Shown in pieces: positions 62,442-64,000 of a DNA stretch of 64,000 bases. The position numbers were made by a program, and so were the translations under genes. The notes under the pieces are model-generated. The model had not been told where the DNA came from. It was given only the letters and a program-made list of their open reading frames with translations, and made no database searches. The DNA comes from the human T2T-CHM13v2.0 reference genome, Homo sapiens. Position 1 is the stretch's first letter. Each line of letters opens with the position of its first letter. The stretch lies in assembly GCF_009914755.1 (NCBI RefSeq), contig NC_060940.1; one strand, given 5' to 3'.

Positions 62442-63517
62442 GACACTGTTTTCCTTTTCTTGCCCCGACTACACTTATTATTTTTAATTTAAAAAGGTGT
62501 TTTTTAAGTAGAAGTGTTGGTTTTGTAATCCTCAGGTGTTCTGGAAGAAAAGGATTTCAGAAGCATGACAGTCTCCCGTGTCTGTGCTAATGGTGTGTTT
62601 AGCATAACGTGGTGGGGAGTTCCGTGGTTCTCCAGGATTCTCCTCACTGTTCTTTTCGTGAAGTGAATCGTTCATTTGATAATCGTGAAATGCAAAAAGC
62701 AAGGCTGTGTTTTAATGGCTGTGAAGTGGGAACGGGGTAGCCAGGTTTGAGGTTCTGTTTCCACTGAAAATACCTACTGACAGAGAAGCCAGTACCAGGT
62801 AATACTGTTTTGTTATCTGCAATTCCAGTCTTCAAATGATTGTTTTTCTTGGAAATAGCTAAACTGTTGGGGAAAATTAAACACTGAGATTGAAGTTTAG
62901 TGACTGTGTTAATAAAACAAGGGAAATAAACCGTTTTTATAATTACCTTTGAAACATACTGATAGCCATCTAACATTACTAACATATCAGATTTCTGTTG
63001 AGAGATTGTTCATTAGGGCTCGGCTATTTCACTGTCACAGGAACTGAGGATTACTAACAGGAAAGGATAACCCCATTCTTGTTACCAAAGTTTGAATTTA
63101 ATGTTTAATCTTTGATACTAGTAAGAATTTATTATCACAGCACTGTCCCTGATGCTGAATAGTGGGTAGGTGCTTGACAAATCCTGGTTGATTCGTGAAA
63201 GCCTGAGGTAGAAGACTGTCCAATTATGTAAATTTAAGGGAAGAAATACCCACACAATCTGTTAAACTGCTGGTAATTGATAGCATAAATCTAACGTTAA
63301 TTAGTGAACTAGATTACTATGTATTTTCAAAGCCCAGTCAGCTTAATCACATATATACCAGCATTTTAAAAACAAAATTATTTGATGAAGCAGTGAGAGA
63401 CTAGAGTGGCTTTTCAGGTGAAACATGAGGATGCACTTGCAATGCTGTCATTTCTCTGATGCCTACTATGTGCCATGCAATGTGGTTTACAAACCTTGCT
63501 GATCCTTACTCTTACAG

Positions 63518-63556
63518 TGTCCTTACAAGGTAGTCCCTGTCTACCTTGTAAGGACA
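63518..63556. repeat. Perfect 16-bp inverted repeat with 7-nt loop
   Basis: tgtccttacaaggtag-tccctgt-ctaccttgtaaggaca. Confidence 0.95.
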
Positions 63557-63616
63557 TTTTTATGGCAACTCAGACAGCCACCTGACTTGACCACAGAGGT
63601 AAGAGGAGAGCCAGAG

Positions 63617-63912
63617 TTTTTGTTTTGTTTTGTTTTGAGACAGAGTCTCACTCTGTCCCCCAGGCTGGAGCACAGCGGCGTGATCTTGGTTCACTGCAAC
63701 CTCCACCTTCTGGGCTCAAGCAGTTGTCTCACTCACCCTCCCAAGTAGCTAGGACTATAGGCATGCGCCACCTCAACCGGCTAATTTTTGTATTTTTTTG
63801 TAGAGACAAGGTTATGCCATGTTGGCCAGGCTGGTCTTGAACTCCTGGCCTCAAGTGATCCACCCGCCTTGGCCTCCCAAAGTGCTGAGATTACAGGCGT
63901 GAGCCACCGCCT
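63617..63912 (-). mobile_element. Alu inserted in MIR-like sequence
   Basis: TSD gagagccag(a/g)gttt on both sides. Confidence 0.88.
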
Positions 63913-64000
63913 GAGAGCCAGGGTTTAAACCTGCCTCAGTAGAGACTAGTTTGAAATGACCCTTGAGTCCCATGCAAAAGTTTCCTGAAGCCAGTTAATG

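Overview
Alu-dense primate (human-like) genomic DNA containing the complete five-exon CYB5B gene (outer-mitochondrial-membrane cytochrome b5) on the + strand. The CDS is 20860-21033, 43341-43469, 44309-44338, 55285-55313 and 58623-58713 (453 nt, 150 aa). It has a CpG-rich, CCAAT-rich promoter and a long 3' UTR with several polyadenylation signals. The first ~20 kb is intergenic and mostly Alu, L1, L2, MIR and MaLR debris. Intron 1 carries an antisense LTR12F-like solo LTR, two Tigger-class DNA transposon remnants and an antisense, Alu-interrupted processed pseudogene of EMC3. Most ORF-track entries are repeat-derived or chance ORFs. I found no convincing new protein-coding or RNA system. The most unusual unexplained structure is a set of short, locally templated copy events: a 129-bp ~95%-identical inverted repeat with a terminal foldback about 1 kb upstream of the start codon, a 52-bp copy of an Alu junction in the 3' UTR, a ~120-bp dispersed duplication in intron 3, and a perfect 16-bp hairpin downstream of the gene. 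Repeat family names are recognised by eye and repeat boundaries are approximate.
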